The position numbers and the translations under genes are program-made. Under the pieces are notes generated by a model. It saw nothing but the letters and a program-made list of their open reading frames with translations. It had not been told where the DNA came from and did no database searches. A DNA stretch of 64,000 nucleotides from the NCBI GenBank assembly GCA_035703635.1, contig DASSXV010000010.1, forward strand, positions 48,853-112,852. The letters run 5' to 3'. This DNA comes from Trueperaceae bacterium. Its GTDB lineage: Bacteria; Deinococcota; Deinococci; Deinococcales; Trueperaceae. Below, in pieces: positions 61,912-64,000 of the stretch; the first letter of the stretch is position 1; every line of letters starts with the position of its first letter.

Positions 61912-62523
61912 CTAATGTTGGTCGACGGGGGCGACTGGCCACTGCCAGTTGCCGTCACGGCGCAGCGCGCGGAACGCCAGTACGACCGTCCCTCGAACGC
62001 CGCTTGTGGCAAGCGCGCCGAACGTGCGCGAGTCGCGGCTAGCGAGCGGCAGCCGGTCGTCGCCGAGCACGTAAACTTCGCCCTGTCCTATCACCGTGGG
62101 GCTGACGTTGCTCGTGCCAGCGTAGGCGGGATCCAGCCACGGCTCGGGCGCCAGCGCGCCGTTGAGGTAGCGTTCGCCACTCCTAAACGCGATCGTCTCG
62201 CCAGGTAGGCCAACCACGCGTTTCACGAGCAGGTCAGCCGCCGCCCAGTCGACTAGTTGCGCAGGCCACCCGCGGGCGGTGGCCGGCTGCGTTTGGGGGT
62301 CGCGGATGGCCAAGACGGCGCCGTCCACGAGTAGGGGACTAGTGACGCCGAGCAGTTCGAGCGTGGCGTGCAGCGGTGGCCTGATGAGCACGACGAACTG
62401 CCCACCGTGCAGCGTCGGCGCCATGCTCTCGCCGCTCACGCGCATGATGGTCAGGCCGAACTGCGTGAGCGCCACCCCGATGAGTAGCCCACTTAGGAGG
62501 GCGGCGAGCGCGCGCCAGGTCAT
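61912..62523 (-). CDS. lepB: Signal peptidase I
   Basis: TM, GESMAPT (Ser), VKRVVGLPG (Lys), GDDR..SRDSR. Confidence 0.85.
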   Translation of the reverse strand: MTWRALAALLSGLLIGVALTQFGLTIMRVSGESMAPTLHGGQFVVLIRPPLHATLELLGVTSPLLVDGAVLAIRDPQTQPATARGWPAQLVDWAAADLLVKRVVGLPGETIAFRSGERYLNGALAPEPWLDPAYAGTSNVSPTVIGQGEVYVLGDDRLPLASRDSRTFGALATSGVRGTVVLAFRALRRDGNWQWPVAPVDQH

Positions 62524-62533
62524 GCCGCGGCTT

Positions 62534-63541
62534 TCAGGGCTTCTTGCTGCTGCGTCCGACCACCCGCGACAGCGTGCTCTTCACGGCCGTCAGGCCCGTG
62601 TCTATCGTGCCCTTGAGGTCGTGGCCGAGGCTCGGCTCGTGCTGCACCAGCGTGGCTGGCGCCACCTCCTCCGCGGCCGGCCCTGTGCTCCCAAGCACGG
62701 CGTTCCAACCACCTGCGGCAGCCAGCGCCACCTCGGCAGCGCGCTCGCCCTCCCACACGATCTCCTCGAAGCTAGTGAACGACTCGATGCGGTAGTGCGG
62801 CATCGGCATGCGAATGCGCAGGTCGCATGGGTGGATGCTCGCGTGGATGTCTACCAGGATGGATTGCTGTATGTCGGAGGCGCGGAACAGCATCTGCGCC
62901 ATCGGGTTGCGGCGCTCGAGCTTCACGGTCGCGACCATGCGCTCCCACCAGTTGCTGCTCTCTGCTTCTGCCGTCACGTAAACGGACTGCCGCGGGGGCG
63001 TCACGTCGAGGGCGATGACGCGATTAGCGCCAAGCCAGCTGGCGGCGTTGATGGGGAGGTTGTTGACGATGCCACCGTCGGCAAGGGTGCGGCCAGCGAT
63101 GTGCACTGGCTCGAACGCGCCAGGGAACGAGGCGGAGGCGCGCACTGCTGAGAGCAGGTCGCCTTCGCACATGAGAACCTCCTCGCCTGACTCGATGTCG
63201 GTGGCGATCACGGCTAGCGGCCTCTTCAACTCCTCGAACGTTGCAGGCAACTGTTCCGCCAAGAAGCCCTCGAGACGGTCGCCTTTGAGTAGGCCGGTCT
63301 TGAGGGAGAGGTCGACCACGTCGCGCCAGTTCGTGCGCACTGCCAACTGATAGAGGTCCTCTGCGCTGGCCCCGGTGGCGTAGAGCGCCCCGAGGATGGC
63401 GCCCATCGAGGTGCCTGCCACCACGTCGAACTTAGCGCCGGCACGCTCGAGTGCCCGGAGCGCTCCGATGTGGGCGAAGCCGCGCGCGCCTCCGCCCGAA
63501 AGCACTATCCCAACGCAGAGATGACGTCCAGCACGTTCCAT
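62534..63541 (-). CDS. Patatin-like phospholipase
   Basis: SGGGARG, GTSMG, DGG. Confidence 0.92.
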   Translation of the reverse strand: MERAGRHLCVGIVLSGGGARGFAHIGALRALERAGAKFDVVAGTSMGAILGALYATGASAEDLYQLAVRTNWRDVVDLSLKTGLLKGDRLEGFLAEQLPATFEELKRPLAVIATDIESGEEVLMCEGDLLSAVRASASFPGAFEPVHIAGRTLADGGIVNNLPINAASWLGANRVIALDVTPPRQSVYVTAEAESSNWWERMVATVKLERRNPMAQMLFRASDIQQSILVDIHASIHPCDLRIRMPMPHYRIESFTSFEEIVWEGERAAEVALAAAGGWNAVLGSTGPAAEEVAPATLVQHEPSLGHDLKGTIDTGLTAVKSTLSRVVGRSSKKP

Positions 63542-63615
63542 CTGGCGATATTAGCACGCGCCGGGAGGGCTGATCCCGGCGCGTGACGTTGTTTCGTAGC
63601 GGCGTTCCGGAGCTG

Positions 63616-64000
63616 TCAGTTCGTGGTCGGCGGGACGACTGCTAGCGTGACCTTCACTTCGCGGGTGTTGCCGGCGTTCCACACTTCGAGGGTCATGACG
63701 TCGCCGGCTTTCGCACCCACGAGCAGCTTCTGGAGGTCCTGGCCCTTGGTAAGGCTCGTGCCGTTGGCTTTCGTGATGACGTCGCCGCCGGCTGGGTACG
63801 CCTGCCCACCTATGCTCGCCTGGAAGCTGGGCCCTTGGATGCCGGCCTGCGCCGCAGGACCACTCGGTTCGACTTCGACGACCACGAGCCCGGCGTCTGG
63901 CATGTTCAGGGCCTTGCGGACGTCTGCCGGGTAGGCGGCTACGTCGACGATCGAAACGCCGAGGCGGGGTCCGTTGGCCACCGCGATGTTCTGGGCGTAG
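63616..64000 (-). CDS. C-terminal PDZ domain of a probable HtrA/S1C serine protease (partial, starts beyond window)
   Basis: Frame open to the window edge; PRLGV, VEPSGPAAQAGI, GGDVIT. Confidence 0.72.
   Translation of the reverse strand, partial: YAQNIAVANGPRLGVSIVDVAAYPADVRKALNMPDAGLVVVEVEPSGPAAQAGIQGPSFQASIGGQAYPAGGDVITKANGTSLTKGQDLQKLLVGAKAGDVMTLEVWNAGNTREVKVTLAVVPPTTN

Overview
High-GC, gene-dense bacterial core-genome window with about 65 CDS and one tRNA-Asp(GTC). I see no CRISPR array, integrase, transposase, prophage or rRNA. Gene content (short GidA-related flavoprotein, futalosine-type mqnD, cdaA-cdaR, RNase HII with a TDYL motif) and very frequent leaderless genes suggest Deinococcota, possibly Trueperaceae; this is inference, not a database result. 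Housekeeping genes include infC-rpmI-rplT (infC starts at ATT), prfB (programmed +1 frameshift), typA, der, fmt, def, truD, rnhB, holB, dxr, ispG, pyrD, hisD, glgP, pgl and lepB. The best candidates for undescribed biology are: (1) a leaderless 29-codon leader ORF crossing a terminator-like hairpin (attenuator architecture) before a C4 zinc-ribbon gene; (2) a split B12 mutase with isobutyryl-CoA-mutase-type rather than methylmalonyl-type specificity residues; (3) a glycolipid glycosyltransferase coupled to an exported flavoprotein with SLH-like tail; (4) a DUF512 radical-SAM gene next to the quinone prenyltransferase; (5) cdaA-cdaR joined to def-fmt-der; (6) two 22-bp symmetric bidirectional promoters. 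No large, clearly novel multi-gene system is evident. All calls come from motif reading by eye.
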